Below are positions 28,093 through 36,379 of a DNA stretch of 64,000 nt, one piece after another. How positions within the stretch are numbered: the stretch's first letter is position 1; each line of letters opens with the position of its first letter. The position numbers were made by a program, and so were the translations under genes. Source of the DNA: Clostridiales bacterium (GTDB taxonomy: Bacteria > Bacillota > Clostridia > Lachnospirales > Lachnospiraceae); the NCBI GenBank assembly GCA_021199255.1, contig JAJQIK010000043.1, positions 1,235 through 65,234 on the forward strand, written 5' to 3'. The notes beneath the pieces are model-generated. The model ran no database searches, was not told where the DNA came from, and saw nothing but the letters and a program-made list of their open reading frames with translations.

Positions 28093-29532
28093 TTAGAAAC
28101 GGAAATCTCTGATTCCCTCTTCAATCTTAGCCAGATGGTCTTTGGCAATCTCTCTCACATTTTCTTTCGGAATATTCTCTAATTCCGCCTGAATCAGCGC
28201 CTCGCCAATGGCTTTCGTATCCTCCGCCGCGTAATCTGTCAGATATTCCTTCAGGGTCATCAGGGCATTGGGGTGACAGCAATTCTGAATCTGTCCCGAT
28301 TTACACAGGCTCATGAAACGGTCTCCCGTCCTGCCCTCTCTATAACATGCCGTACAGAAGGAGGGAATATATCCCATTTCCATCAGCCACTTCACCACCT
28401 CGTCCAGCGTGCGCTGGTCGGATACGTCAAACTGTTCCGTATCCGTGGGGCGAATGTCTTCCGCATAACCGCCTACCGTGGTTCGGGAGCCGCCGGAAAT
28501 CTGGGATACGCCCAGACGGATTACCTTCTCGCGCACAGCCTGACTCTCTCTGGTGGAGATAATCATACCCGTATAAGGCACCGCTATACGGATCAGTGCG
28601 CAAATCTTGGCAAAAATATCGTCGCTGATGCCGTTATCAAAAGCGTCCGGGTCAATATCATCGGCTCTCTTAATACGGGGCACGCTGATGGTATGAGGCC
28701 CTACTCCGTGGACAGCCTCTAAATGCTCCGCATGCATCAGAAGTCCCGCAAACTCATATTTATAGCGTTCCAGGCCAAACAGCACGCCCAGTCCCACATC
28801 GTCGATGCCGCCCTCCATCGCCCTGTCCATCGCCTCCGTATGATAATTGTAATCATGCTTTGGCCCCGTAGGGTGAAGCTGCAGATAGCTTTCCTTATGA
28901 TAGGTTTCCTGAAAAAGAATATAGGTGCCGATTCCGGCCTCCTTCAGCATACGGTATTCCTCCACCGTGGTAGCCGCAATATTGACATTCACACGGCGGA
29001 TCGCCCCGTTTTTATGCTGAATAGAGTAAATCGTTTTAATACATTCCAAAATATATTCAATGGGATTATTCCTGGGATCTTCTCCCGCTTCAATGGCCAG
29101 ACGCTTATGCCCCATATCCTGCAGCGCGATCACCTCCTGTTTGACCTCCTCCTGCGTCAGCTTCTTGCGGGGGATATGTTTATTTTTCATATGGTACGGA
29201 CAATACACACAGCCGTTGACGCAGTAATTGGACAGATACAGGGGCGCGAAAATTACGATACGGTTTCCATAATAAGCTAGTTTGATCTCCTCCGCCAACG
29301 CATACATCCGCTCCAATACCTCCGGGTCGTCGCAGGCCAGCAGTACCGACGCCTCTCTGTGGTTCAAGCCGGCGCACACGGTAGAATTGCCCTCCCTGCG
29401 GGGTCTGGCGCTCTCCAGAATCTGATCGATCAATTCCCTGTTATCCTTATTCTGCTCCGCGTATTCCAGCGTCGCCAGAATCTCCTCGTGATTAATAAAA
29501 TCGTCTGCACATAATGATTTCGGATCATACAT
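28093..29532 (-). CDS. hydG: [FeFe]-hydrogenase radical-SAM maturase HydG
   Basis: The radical-SAM motif CVNGCVYC is present. The C-terminal auxiliary cluster motif is CTACYR...C. Confidence 0.9.
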   Translation of the reverse strand: MYDPKSLCADDFINHEEILATLEYAEQNKDNRELIDQILESARPRREGNSTVCAGLNHREASVLLACDDPEVLERMYALAEEIKLAYYGNRIVIFAPLYLSNYCVNGCVYCPYHMKNKHIPRKKLTQEEVKQEVIALQDMGHKRLAIEAGEDPRNNPIEYILECIKTIYSIQHKNGAIRRVNVNIAATTVEEYRMLKEAGIGTYILFQETYHKESYLQLHPTGPKHDYNYHTEAMDRAMEGGIDDVGLGVLFGLERYKYEFAGLLMHAEHLEAVHGVGPHTISVPRIKRADDIDPDAFDNGISDDIFAKICALIRIAVPYTGMIISTRESQAVREKVIRLGVSQISGGSRTTVGGYAEDIRPTDTEQFDVSDQRTLDEVVKWLMEMGYIPSFCTACYREGRTGDRFMSLCKSGQIQNCCHPNALMTLKEYLTDYAAEDTKAIGEALIQAELENIPKENVREIAKDHLAKIEEGIRDFRF

Positions 29533-29538
29533 TGTACT

Positions 29539-30594
29539 TTACCTTCCTTTCTTTTCTCCCAGGCTTCCCTTCCAGTCGCCTCTGGTTTCCGCGATTTGAT
29601 ATCCTGCGGAAGCAACCCTTCGTTTCATACACTCAATACATTCCGCCGCTTCGTCCCCGGTACAGATCTTGTTATCATAGAGGGCGTACTGTTTTCTCAC
29701 AGATACCGGCGACAGATTCGGCATCACCACGTTGGCTCCCGCCTTTAACCCCAGTTCTCTCCCCTGCGGGTGAATCGTCCCCAACGCCGTAGTGGACGGA
29801 ATCAACGCCTGCGGTAGCAGCAGCCTGGTCAGCGCCACCATCGTAAGCGTCCGTTCCAGACTCCCCTGCGCCTTATCCCGGAAGGGCGTATCATGGTGCG
29901 GAATAAAAGGCCCGATGCCCACCATATGAGGCTGAAGTTCCCGCATAAACCGCATATCCGCAATCAGATCCTCCGTAGTCTGATAAGGGGAGCCCACCAT
30001 AAATCCGCATCCCACCTGATAGCCGATTTCCTTCAGATGATACAGGCATTGGATACGGTGATCGTAGCTTAATTCCGCCGGATGCAGCCTCCCATAGTGG
30101 GTTTTTCCCGCCGTCTCATGCCGCAGCAGATAACGATCCGCCCCCGCATCATACCAGCGCTGATAGTCGGGCTTCTCCCGTTCGCCCAGCGAAAGGGTCA
30201 CCGCACAGTCCGGATATCTCCTTTTGATCTCTCTTACCAGCTCCGCCACATATTCTGTGGTATAAAAAGAATCCTCTCCGCCCTGCAGGACATAGGTGCG
30301 AAACCCCAATCCATATCCAATCCGGCAACATTCCAATATCTGTTCCTTAGATAAACGATAGCGCTCCGCGTGGAAATTGCTCCTGCGGATACCGCAATAA
30401 AGACAGTCGTTTCTGCAATAACTGGAAACCTCTATCAATCCTCTGATGTAAACGTCCGTGCCATAATGCCGCCTGCGGATTCGGTCAGCCTCCGCATAGA
30501 GCAGGGTTCTGTCATATTCTCCTTCTATCAGCCGCTTCCACTCTTCGTCTGTCGGGTCATGCCCTGCCGCCAGCTTATCAATCAGGTCTTTCAT
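29539..30594 (-). CDS. hydE: [FeFe]-hydrogenase radical-SAM maturase HydE
   Basis: The CRNDCLYCGIR motif and a BioB-like fold pattern are present. Confidence 0.9.
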   Translation of the reverse strand: MKDLIDKLAAGHDPTDEEWKRLIEGEYDRTLLYAEADRIRRRHYGTDVYIRGLIEVSSYCRNDCLYCGIRRSNFHAERYRLSKEQILECCRIGYGLGFRTYVLQGGEDSFYTTEYVAELVREIKRRYPDCAVTLSLGEREKPDYQRWYDAGADRYLLRHETAGKTHYGRLHPAELSYDHRIQCLYHLKEIGYQVGCGFMVGSPYQTTEDLIADMRFMRELQPHMVGIGPFIPHHDTPFRDKAQGSLERTLTMVALTRLLLPQALIPSTTALGTIHPQGRELGLKAGANVVMPNLSPVSVRKQYALYDNKICTGDEAAECIECMKRRVASAGYQIAETRGDWKGSLGEKKGR

Positions 30595-30872
30595 GAAGAA
30601 TCCCCTCCCGTCCCGGATTCCTCACATACAATGCTGGAATAAGCGATCTTGCTGTTGATTCCCGGCAGCTTACCGATTTTGCCGGACAAAGCGTTAATCG
30701 CGTCCTGCGGCGCGTCTATCGCCACACTGATAATGTGAATACCGCATTTCTGATAAGGCAGCCCCATTCTGCCGATAATATACTTTCCATACTCGTGCAG
30801 CAGCGTATTCAGCTTGTCCACGGAATCCATATTTTCTACGATAATACTGATCGTAGCCACTCGTGTCTGCAT
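30591..30872 (-). CDS. TM1266-family putative iron-only hydrogenase system regulator (ACT/NikR-C-like, 93 aa)
   Basis: MQTRVATISIIVENMDSVDKLNTLLHEYGKYIIGRMGLPY matches the TIGR03959-type pattern. The start was set at the ATG at 30872, which has a GGAAAGGAG RBS. Confidence 0.75.
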   Translation of the reverse strand: MQTRVATISIIVENMDSVDKLNTLLHEYGKYIIGRMGLPYQKCGIHIISVAIDAPQDAINALSGKIGKLPGINSKIAYSSIVCEESGTGGDSS

Positions 30873-30903
30873 TCTGCTTCTCCTTTCCCGCGCCACAGAA
30901 ACC

Positions 30904-30938
30904 AAAAAAAGCCATATCCTTCTTCTGAAAGATACAGC
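30904..30938 (-). terminator. Intrinsic terminator inside the 5' leader of the hyd maturase operon (attenuator)
   Basis: The RNA reads GCUGUAUCUUU-CAGAAG-AAGGAUAUGGC. This is an 11-bp stem with 3 G-U pairs, followed by U7, and it ends about 30 nt before the RBS. Confidence 0.6.
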
Positions 30939-31080
30939 CGCCTGTATGTCCATTCTCCGCCTGTTGTGCCTGCACCCCGATCGCAGGATACGCGCCAGTC
31001 CGGAAGAATCTCTGTATATCCGCCGTTCTTTCATCTCAAAGCCTGTTTTTGATGTCAGAAGCACTATTGTTTTCTGTGAT

Positions 31081-31114
31081 AAAAGACCCCGGCAATGATT
31101 CTTACCGAGGTCTT
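31081..31114 (-). terminator. Terminator downstream of tRNA-Gln
   Basis: The RNA reads AAGACCUCGG-12 nt-CCGGGGUCUUUU. Confidence 0.6.
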
Positions 31115-31119
31115 ATAAG

Positions 31120-31191
31120 CTGGGCTACAAGGATTCGAACCTTGAAATGACGGAGTCAGAGTCCGTTGCCTTACCATTTGGCGATAGCCCA
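31120..31191 (-). tRNA. tRNA-Gln (anticodon CTG)
   Basis: I folded the cloverleaf by hand. The acceptor stem pairs TGGGCTA with TAGCCCA. The D loop contains GG. The anticodon stem pairs ACGGA with TCCGT, and the loop is CT-CTG-AC. The T arm is CAAGG-TTCGAAT-CCTTG. No CCA is encoded. Confidence 0.9.
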
Positions 31192-31339
31192 TCAACAATT
31201 AACGATTATATAGGATAAATTTGAATTTGGCAAGTCCCTTTTGAATTTTTTCAATTATTTTTCTATATTTTTTCAGAAAAAGGAGGGAACAGAGGCAGAT
31301 AATCTCCTATCTGCCTCTGAAAGAACCCCAAACAGCCTT

Positions 31340-33451
31340 TTAAATCTCAAACATTAACTCGCCATATGTAGGAATCGGCCAGATATCCTTATCCACAATC
31401 ATTTCCAGCTCATCGGCGGGAGTCCGAAGCTCTTCCATAACCGCTTTTACCGTATCCTTGTAGAAGAATGCCTGCGCCTTGATATCCTCCATTGCGGACG
31501 CTTCCTCTTCCGCTTTCTCCAGCTTGACGAGAGCCGTCTGCATAGCTGCCAGCTTCCCGCTCACTTCTTTCAAAAGATCTGTCTGGATACTTGCGTCCGC
31601 GCCTGCTGCCTTTACGGCATTGATGGTATCGGCCAGCGCCTTGGTGTATTTGATAACAGCGGGAATAATCTGCTTGCCTGCCATATCGATCATTGCCAGC
31701 GCTTCAATATTAATGGTCTTCGCATAGGTTTCATAAATAATCTCTTCGCGGGACTCCAGCTCTACCTTGGTGAAGATACCGAATTTCTCAAACAATTTAA
31801 CCGCCTTGTCTGTTGTAATGGTACTTGCGGCTTCAATCATAGATTTAATATTCGGAAGGCCTCTTCTCTCAGCTTCAGCGACCCACTCGTCCGAATAGCC
31901 GTTGCCGTTAAAGATGATTCTCTGATGCTCCGTCATGTACTCTTTAATCAGGTCATGAATAGCAAGCTCAAGATCGTCCGCGCCTTCCAGTCTGTCGGCG
32001 GCTTCGCAGAATGCCTCCGCTACAATGGCATTCAGGGTGGTGTTCGGGCTCGCAATCGAATCAGCGGAGCCTACCATACGGAACTCAAATTTATTACCCG
32101 TGAAAGCAAAGGGCGAGGTTCTGTTTCTGTCGGTGGCGTCCTTCTGGAAATCAGGAAGGGTCTTAACGCCTGTGAGAAGCTTGCCGCCTTCCTTCACGGA
32201 GGTAGCCACGCCCGTCTCGATCAACTGTCTAACCACATCCTCAAGCTGCTCGCCAAGGAAGATAGAGATAATAGCCGGAGGCGCCTCGTTGGCTCCCAGC
32301 CTGTGGTCGTTGCCCACATCAGAAGCCGACTGGCGAAGCAGATCCGCATGGGTATCGACTGCCTTCATAATGCAGGCGAGTACCAGCAGGAACTGAACAT
32401 TTTCATTCGGCGTATCGCCCGGATCTAAGAGGTTTACGCCGTTATCTGTTGTAATAGACCAGTTATTGTGTTTACCGGAGCCGTTTACGCCCGCGTATGG
32501 CTTCTCATGAAGCAGACATCTCATGCCATGGCGGATAGCTACTCTCTTCATCGCTTCCATTACAAGCTGGTTATGGTCTACCGCGATGTTAGCCGTCTCA
32601 TAGATAGGCGCCAGCTCATGCTGTGCGGGAGCCACTTCGTTATGCTGTGTCTTGGCGGTAACGCCCAGCTTCCAAAGCTCTTCGTTCAAATCCTTCATAT
32701 ATGCGCCGACACGCTCTCTGATAACGCCGAAGTAATGATCTTCCATCTCCTGGCCCTTCGGGGCAGGCGCTCCGAATAAGGTACGCCCCGCAAACATCAG
32801 ATCGGTTCTCTTCATATATAAGTCTTTATCTACCAAAAAATATTCCTGCTCAGGTCCTACGGACGCTACAACCTTGGTGGCCTCCGTGTTGCCAAACAGT
32901 CTGACAATACGCAGCGCCTGCTCGCTGAGGGCTTCCATGGAACGTAAAAGCGGCGTCTTTTTGTCCAGCGCCTCGCCTGTGTAGGAGCAGAACGCGGTGG
33001 GGATACAAAGAATGGTTCCGCAACCGGATTCCTTTAAGAAAGCCGGTGATGTGATATCCCATGCGGTATAGCCTCTCGCCTCAAACGTCGCCCTTAAGCC
33101 GCCTGAAGGAAAAGAAGATGCATCCGGCTCTCCCTTAATCAGCTCTTTACCGGAGAACTCTGTCAGCATTTTGCCCTGTTCATCAGGATGAGCTACGAAA
33201 GCGTCATGCTTTTCTGCGGTAATGCCGGTAAGCGGCTGGAACCAGTGGGTATAATGGGTCGCGCCGTTCTCTACAGCCCAGTCCTTCATGGCTTTCGCAA
33301 CTACATTAGCTGTCGCCATGGATAACTCGCCGCCCTGATCCATAACCGTTACAACCTCTTTGTATACATTCTTCGGCAGACGCTCTTTCATTTTGCCGAG
33401 AGTGAATACATTTTGTCCAAAAATCTCTTCAACATTAAATACTTCGCTCAT
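31340..33451 (-). CDS. glnN: Glutamine synthetase, type III (703 aa)
   Basis: The length and N-terminal sequence ([33 protein letters not shown]...) match GS-III, as do the catalytic blocks ([20 protein letters not shown]). Confidence 0.9.
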   Translation of the reverse strand: MSEVFNVEEIFGQNVFTLGKMKERLPKNVYKEVVTVMDQGGELSMATANVVAKAMKDWAVENGATHYTHWFQPLTGITAEKHDAFVAHPDEQGKMLTEFSGKELIKGEPDASSFPSGGLRATFEARGYTAWDITSPAFLKESGCGTILCIPTAFCSYTGEALDKKTPLLRSMEALSEQALRIVRLFGNTEATKVVASVGPEQEYFLVDKDLYMKRTDLMFAGRTLFGAPAPKGQEMEDHYFGVIRERVGAYMKDLNEELWKLGVTAKTQHNEVAPAQHELAPIYETANIAVDHNQLVMEAMKRVAIRHGMRCLLHEKPYAGVNGSGKHNNWSITTDNGVNLLDPGDTPNENVQFLLVLACIMKAVDTHADLLRQSASDVGNDHRLGANEAPPAIISIFLGEQLEDVVRQLIETGVATSVKEGGKLLTGVKTLPDFQKDATDRNRTSPFAFTGNKFEFRMVGSADSIASPNTTLNAIVAEAFCEAADRLEGADDLELAIHDLIKEYMTEHQRIIFNGNGYSDEWVAEAERRGLPNIKSMIEAASTITTDKAVKLFEKFGIFTKVELESREEIIYETYAKTINIEALAMIDMAGKQIIPAVIKYTKALADTINAVKAAGADASIQTDLLKEVSGKLAAMQTALVKLEKAEEEASAMEDIKAQAFFYKDTVKAVMEELRTPADELEMIVDKDIWPIPTYGELMFEI

Positions 33452-33526
33452 TTCTCCATCTTCCTTTCCTCATTTAAATTTAAGGATTCCAGAACCTCCC
33501 TTAGCTGTCACACACCACCGTAACAC

Positions 33527-33558
33527 AAAAAAAGTCCCAAAAATAAACTTTTTGGAAC
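33527..33558 (-). terminator. Intrinsic terminator between the U32 gene and glnN (operon end and/or glnN leader attenuator)
   Basis: The RNA reads GUUCCAAAA-aguuuau-UUUUGGGAC followed by U7. It lies downstream of a TTGCAA-17-TATCTT promoter-like element. Confidence 0.6.
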
Positions 33559-33669
33559 ATCTTCGTTCTAGATACCTTTATAGTAGGTCTTCTAACCTCT
33601 TCTATAAGATACCTTACTTTTTGAGAAATTGCAATACCATATTTGAAAATATTTTCCGCAACCGCGACT

Positions 33670-34938
33670 TTACCGCTTGCCATTGCCAACCCGGAGAATA
33701 TCATAGACCGCCGGGGTAACCGACAATTTCACGTCGATAACCTGCCTGGAGTGCGGGCAGGACTCCACCGGTTCTCCCTGCTCGTTATACATGGCGAGCA
33801 CCCGCACGGGAATATTAGCGCCACCCGGCTTCATGATTTCAATGGAATCTCCTACACAGAATTTATTGCGCTGCTCAAAACGGGCACAGCCTACGCCGTC
33901 TCCGTTCCCAGCCCGTCCGCCGTCCGGCTCCGGCACTATTTCCCCTACGATTCCCAGATAAATATATTCGTTCACATAGGTATTATTGTCATAAATCTGC
34001 GTATTCTCATCGGGTCTGCCAAAATAAAACCCTGTGGTAAACTGCCGGTAAGTGCACTTGGCAATTTCTTCCTTATACCAATCCATGTTTGCGCGGTATT
34101 GCTCTTCCGACTCCATACAATCGTCAATTGCCCTGCGGTAAGTGCGCGCTACCGTAGCCACATAAAGCGCGGTCTTCATTCTTCCTTCTATCTTAAAGCT
34201 GTCAATCCCCGCTTCCAGCATTTCCGGAATGTGCTCAATCATGCACAAATCCTTGGAGTTAAAGATATAAGTGCCCCTCTCGTTCTCGTAGACCGGCAGA
34301 TATTCTCCCGGCCGCTTCTCCTCCACTACCGCATATTTCCAGCGGCAGGGATGCGTACAGGCGCCATGGTTCGCGTCTCTCCCCGTAAAATAACTGCTCA
34401 ACAGGCACCGGCCGGAATAAGAAATGCACATCGCGCCATGGATAAAGCTTTCAATCTCCAGCTCCCTGGGAATATTTTCGCGGATTTCCCGAATCTCGCG
34501 CAGGGATAATTCACGGGCAGAAACCACTCTTCTGGCTCCCTGCTCATACCAGAAGCGATAGGTTCTGTAATTGGTATTATTGGCCTGCGTAGAGATATGA
34601 ATATCGATTTCCGGGCAAATTTCCCTTGCCAGCGTAAACATACCGGGGTCAGCGATAATCAGCGCATCCGGCTTTAATTCCTTTAATTCATGAAAATATG
34701 CTTCCGCCCCCTGCAAATCGTCATTATGCGCCAGAATATTCGCCGTCACATGAACGCGGACTCCATGGGCGTGCGCAAAGGCAATGCCTTCCGCCATTTC
34801 TTCGGGCGTAAAATTCTTCGCCTTAGCCCGCAGCCCGAATGACTCCCCGCCAATGTACACCGCGTCCGCGCCAAAAATAACTGCTGTTTTCAATACTTCC
34901 AGACTGCTCGCCGGAATCAATAGCTCAGGCTTTCTCAT
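33670..34938 (-). CDS. Peptidase U32 family protein (YrrO/TrhP-like)
   Basis: The N-terminus follows the U32 pattern (ELLIPASSLEVLKTAVIFGADAVYIGG). The gene is syntenic with yrrM. Confidence 0.85.
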   Translation of the reverse strand: MRKPELLIPASSLEVLKTAVIFGADAVYIGGESFGLRAKAKNFTPEEMAEGIAFAHAHGVRVHVTANILAHNDDLQGAEAYFHELKELKPDALIIADPGMFTLAREICPEIDIHISTQANNTNYRTYRFWYEQGARRVVSARELSLREIREIRENIPRELEIESFIHGAMCISYSGRCLLSSYFTGRDANHGACTHPCRWKYAVVEEKRPGEYLPVYENERGTYIFNSKDLCMIEHIPEMLEAGIDSFKIEGRMKTALYVATVARTYRRAIDDCMESEEQYRANMDWYKEEIAKCTYRQFTTGFYFGRPDENTQIYDNNTYVNEYIYLGIVGEIVPEPDGGRAGNGDGVGCARFEQRNKFCVGDSIEIMKPGGANIPVRVLAMYNEQGEPVESCPHSRQVIDVKLSVTPAVYDILRVGNGKR

Positions 34939-34944
34939 AAATCC

Positions 34945-35589
34945 TCACTCTTTCTTTACGCTGATGGTAGCGCCGTCGCCTAACGGCAGTATCACCGTTT
35001 CCAACCGGGGATCATGCTTGATTTCAAACAAATACTCCCGCATACGGCTGTGTATCGTGCGGTTCCGCCGGGTTACCGCAAATCGGGATTCAATAATATC
35101 TCCGTCCTGCAAGACGTTATCCGACAGGAGAAGGCCGCCCTTGGGCATCAGCCTGATTAGCTCCGGCAGGAAATGAATGTACTGCCCCTTGGCCGCGTCC
35201 ATGAAAATCAGGTCATAGGTTCCCGTAAGCGTTTTCAGAATATCCGCCGCGTCGCCCTCTAACAGCGTGATGCTTTCCTCCCGCCCCGCGCGCTTAAAGT
35301 TCTCTCTGGCAACGGGAATCCTTTTTTCATACTTCTCAATCGTCGTGATCCTGCAGCCCTCCGGCGCGTACTCGCTCATAAATAAAGCGGAAAATCCCAC
35401 GGCGCAGCCAATTTCCAGAATCGACATGGGCCTGCTCATCACCAGAAGGAATTTCATCAGGCTCTGCATCTGCGTGCGGATAACAGGCACATTATTTTCC
35501 TTCGCCTCCCGCTCCAGCTCATTTAAAAAAGGCGTATTGCCGGGATCCAGAGAATCAATAAACGCGCTCATACGCTCATCTACTATCAT
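34945..35589 (-). CDS. trmR: Class I SAM-dependent O-methyltransferase (YrrM/TrmR-like)
   Basis: The SAM-binding block ILEIGCAVGFSA is present. The gene sits between an MltG-like gene and a U32 gene, as in B. subtilis yrrL-yrrM-yrrN/O. Confidence 0.7.
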   Translation of the reverse strand: MIVDERMSAFIDSLDPGNTPFLNELEREAKENNVPVIRTQMQSLMKFLLVMSRPMSILEIGCAVGFSALFMSEYAPEGCRITTIEKYEKRIPVARENFKRAGREESITLLEGDAADILKTLTGTYDLIFMDAAKGQYIHFLPELIRLMPKGGLLLSDNVLQDGDIIESRFAVTRRNRTIHSRMREYLFEIKHDPRLETVILPLGDGATISVKKE

Positions 35590-35598
35590 ATCAATCCT

Positions 35599-35988
35599 CT
35601 ATTCCTCCTCGCTTTCCTCCGCGTCGCTTTCCGCCGCCATGATTTCCAGCATCTCCTGGCTTGTCATAGAGGTGTTCAGATCATAAATGCCCGGCTGAAG
35701 CTTTCCATGCTGTTCGGATAAAAATTCCTGCACAATAAATAATTTGGCGTCACGGATCAAGCCCTTGTCTTCCAGCATTTGCCCAATATCCGTAATCGAG
35801 TCCGACTCCTGCACAATCACGCTGATTGTCCGTCCTTCTCCCGCGGATACCGGCTCCTCCGCAAAGACCCGGTACCCGTAATCATATGCTTTTACAGATG
35901 TGTTGAGAATAAACATGCATATAGCCGCAAACACAACGACCTTGACCACCAGCTCTACAGCCGCTCCTATAATCTGTCTCGTTTTCAT
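35599..35988 (-). CDS. MltG/YceG-like N-terminal domain protein (129 aa, lacks the catalytic domain)
   Basis: A TM anchor is followed by a LysM-like block (TISVIVQESDSITDIGQMLEDKGLIRDAKLFI...LQPGIYDL). The protein ends in an acidic tail. Confidence 0.55.
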   Translation of the reverse strand: MKTRQIIGAAVELVVKVVVFAAICMFILNTSVKAYDYGYRVFAEEPVSAGEGRTISVIVQESDSITDIGQMLEDKGLIRDAKLFIVQEFLSEQHGKLQPGIYDLNTSMTSQEMLEIMAAESDAEESEEE

Positions 35989-36013
35989 AGCTTCCTATGC
36001 CTTTCCGGCTCCT

Positions 36014-36346
36014 CTACTCAAAGTCTATCTCTGTAGTGAGAAGCTCATTAACATTCTGCATCATTCTGCAAAATGCAAGTTCCGCCCTCAGGAAATCATC
36101 TACCAGAGGATTCTCACGGAATTTCTCATATTCCTTCTCAAAGGCTTCCATACGGTCAAACAATTCTTCACTGTCAACCTGATTCTGCAATTCAAAATTT
36201 CTCTGCCGAAATTCATTGACTTTATCGTACAATTCCGGCTGACGTTTCAGCTTCTCCCTCTGAAAATAATACTTTTGATAAGTATCAGAGCGTCTGATCG
36301 TCTCCGCAAACTCCTTCGTCGCTATCATAATGTCGCTGTCCGACAT
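36014..36346 (-). CDS. YlbF/YmcA-family regulatory protein
   Basis: The helical Com_YlbF pattern is present (IMIATKEFAETIRRSDTYQKYY...). The ATG at 36346 follows a GGAGGGGG RBS. Confidence 0.7.
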   Translation of the reverse strand: MSDSDIMIATKEFAETIRRSDTYQKYYFQREKLKRQPELYDKVNEFRQRNFELQNQVDSEELFDRMEAFEKEYEKFRENPLVDDFLRAELAFCRMMQNVNELLTTEIDFE

Positions 36347-36379
36347 GCTGTTCCCCCTCCTTAAGTACAGCCGCAAATC

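Noticed and set aside
30873-31080. Assigning the hyd-operon leader to the ZTP (pfl) or SAM-I riboswitch class.
   Set aside because: It contains GGACUGGCG, which resembles ZTP. It lacks the 3' CCGCCUGGG pseudoknot element and the SAM-I core motifs. The class is left unassigned.
31120-31191. tRNA-Gln as an amber suppressor linked to the in-frame TAG codons.
   Set aside because: The anticodon loop reads CU-CUG-AC, which is a normal CAG decoder. It is not a CUA suppressor.
33643-34509. Long plus-strand ORF (288 aa). Similar antisense ORFs occur at 42218-43297, 44612-45259, 41158-41811, 19728-20297, 3248-4000, 25704-25946 and 83-409.
   Set aside because: These are shadow ORFs opposite, or 5' extensions of, genes with strong family signatures. 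Their composition is low-complexity and Arg/Pro/His-rich. They have no RBS and no recognisable motifs.
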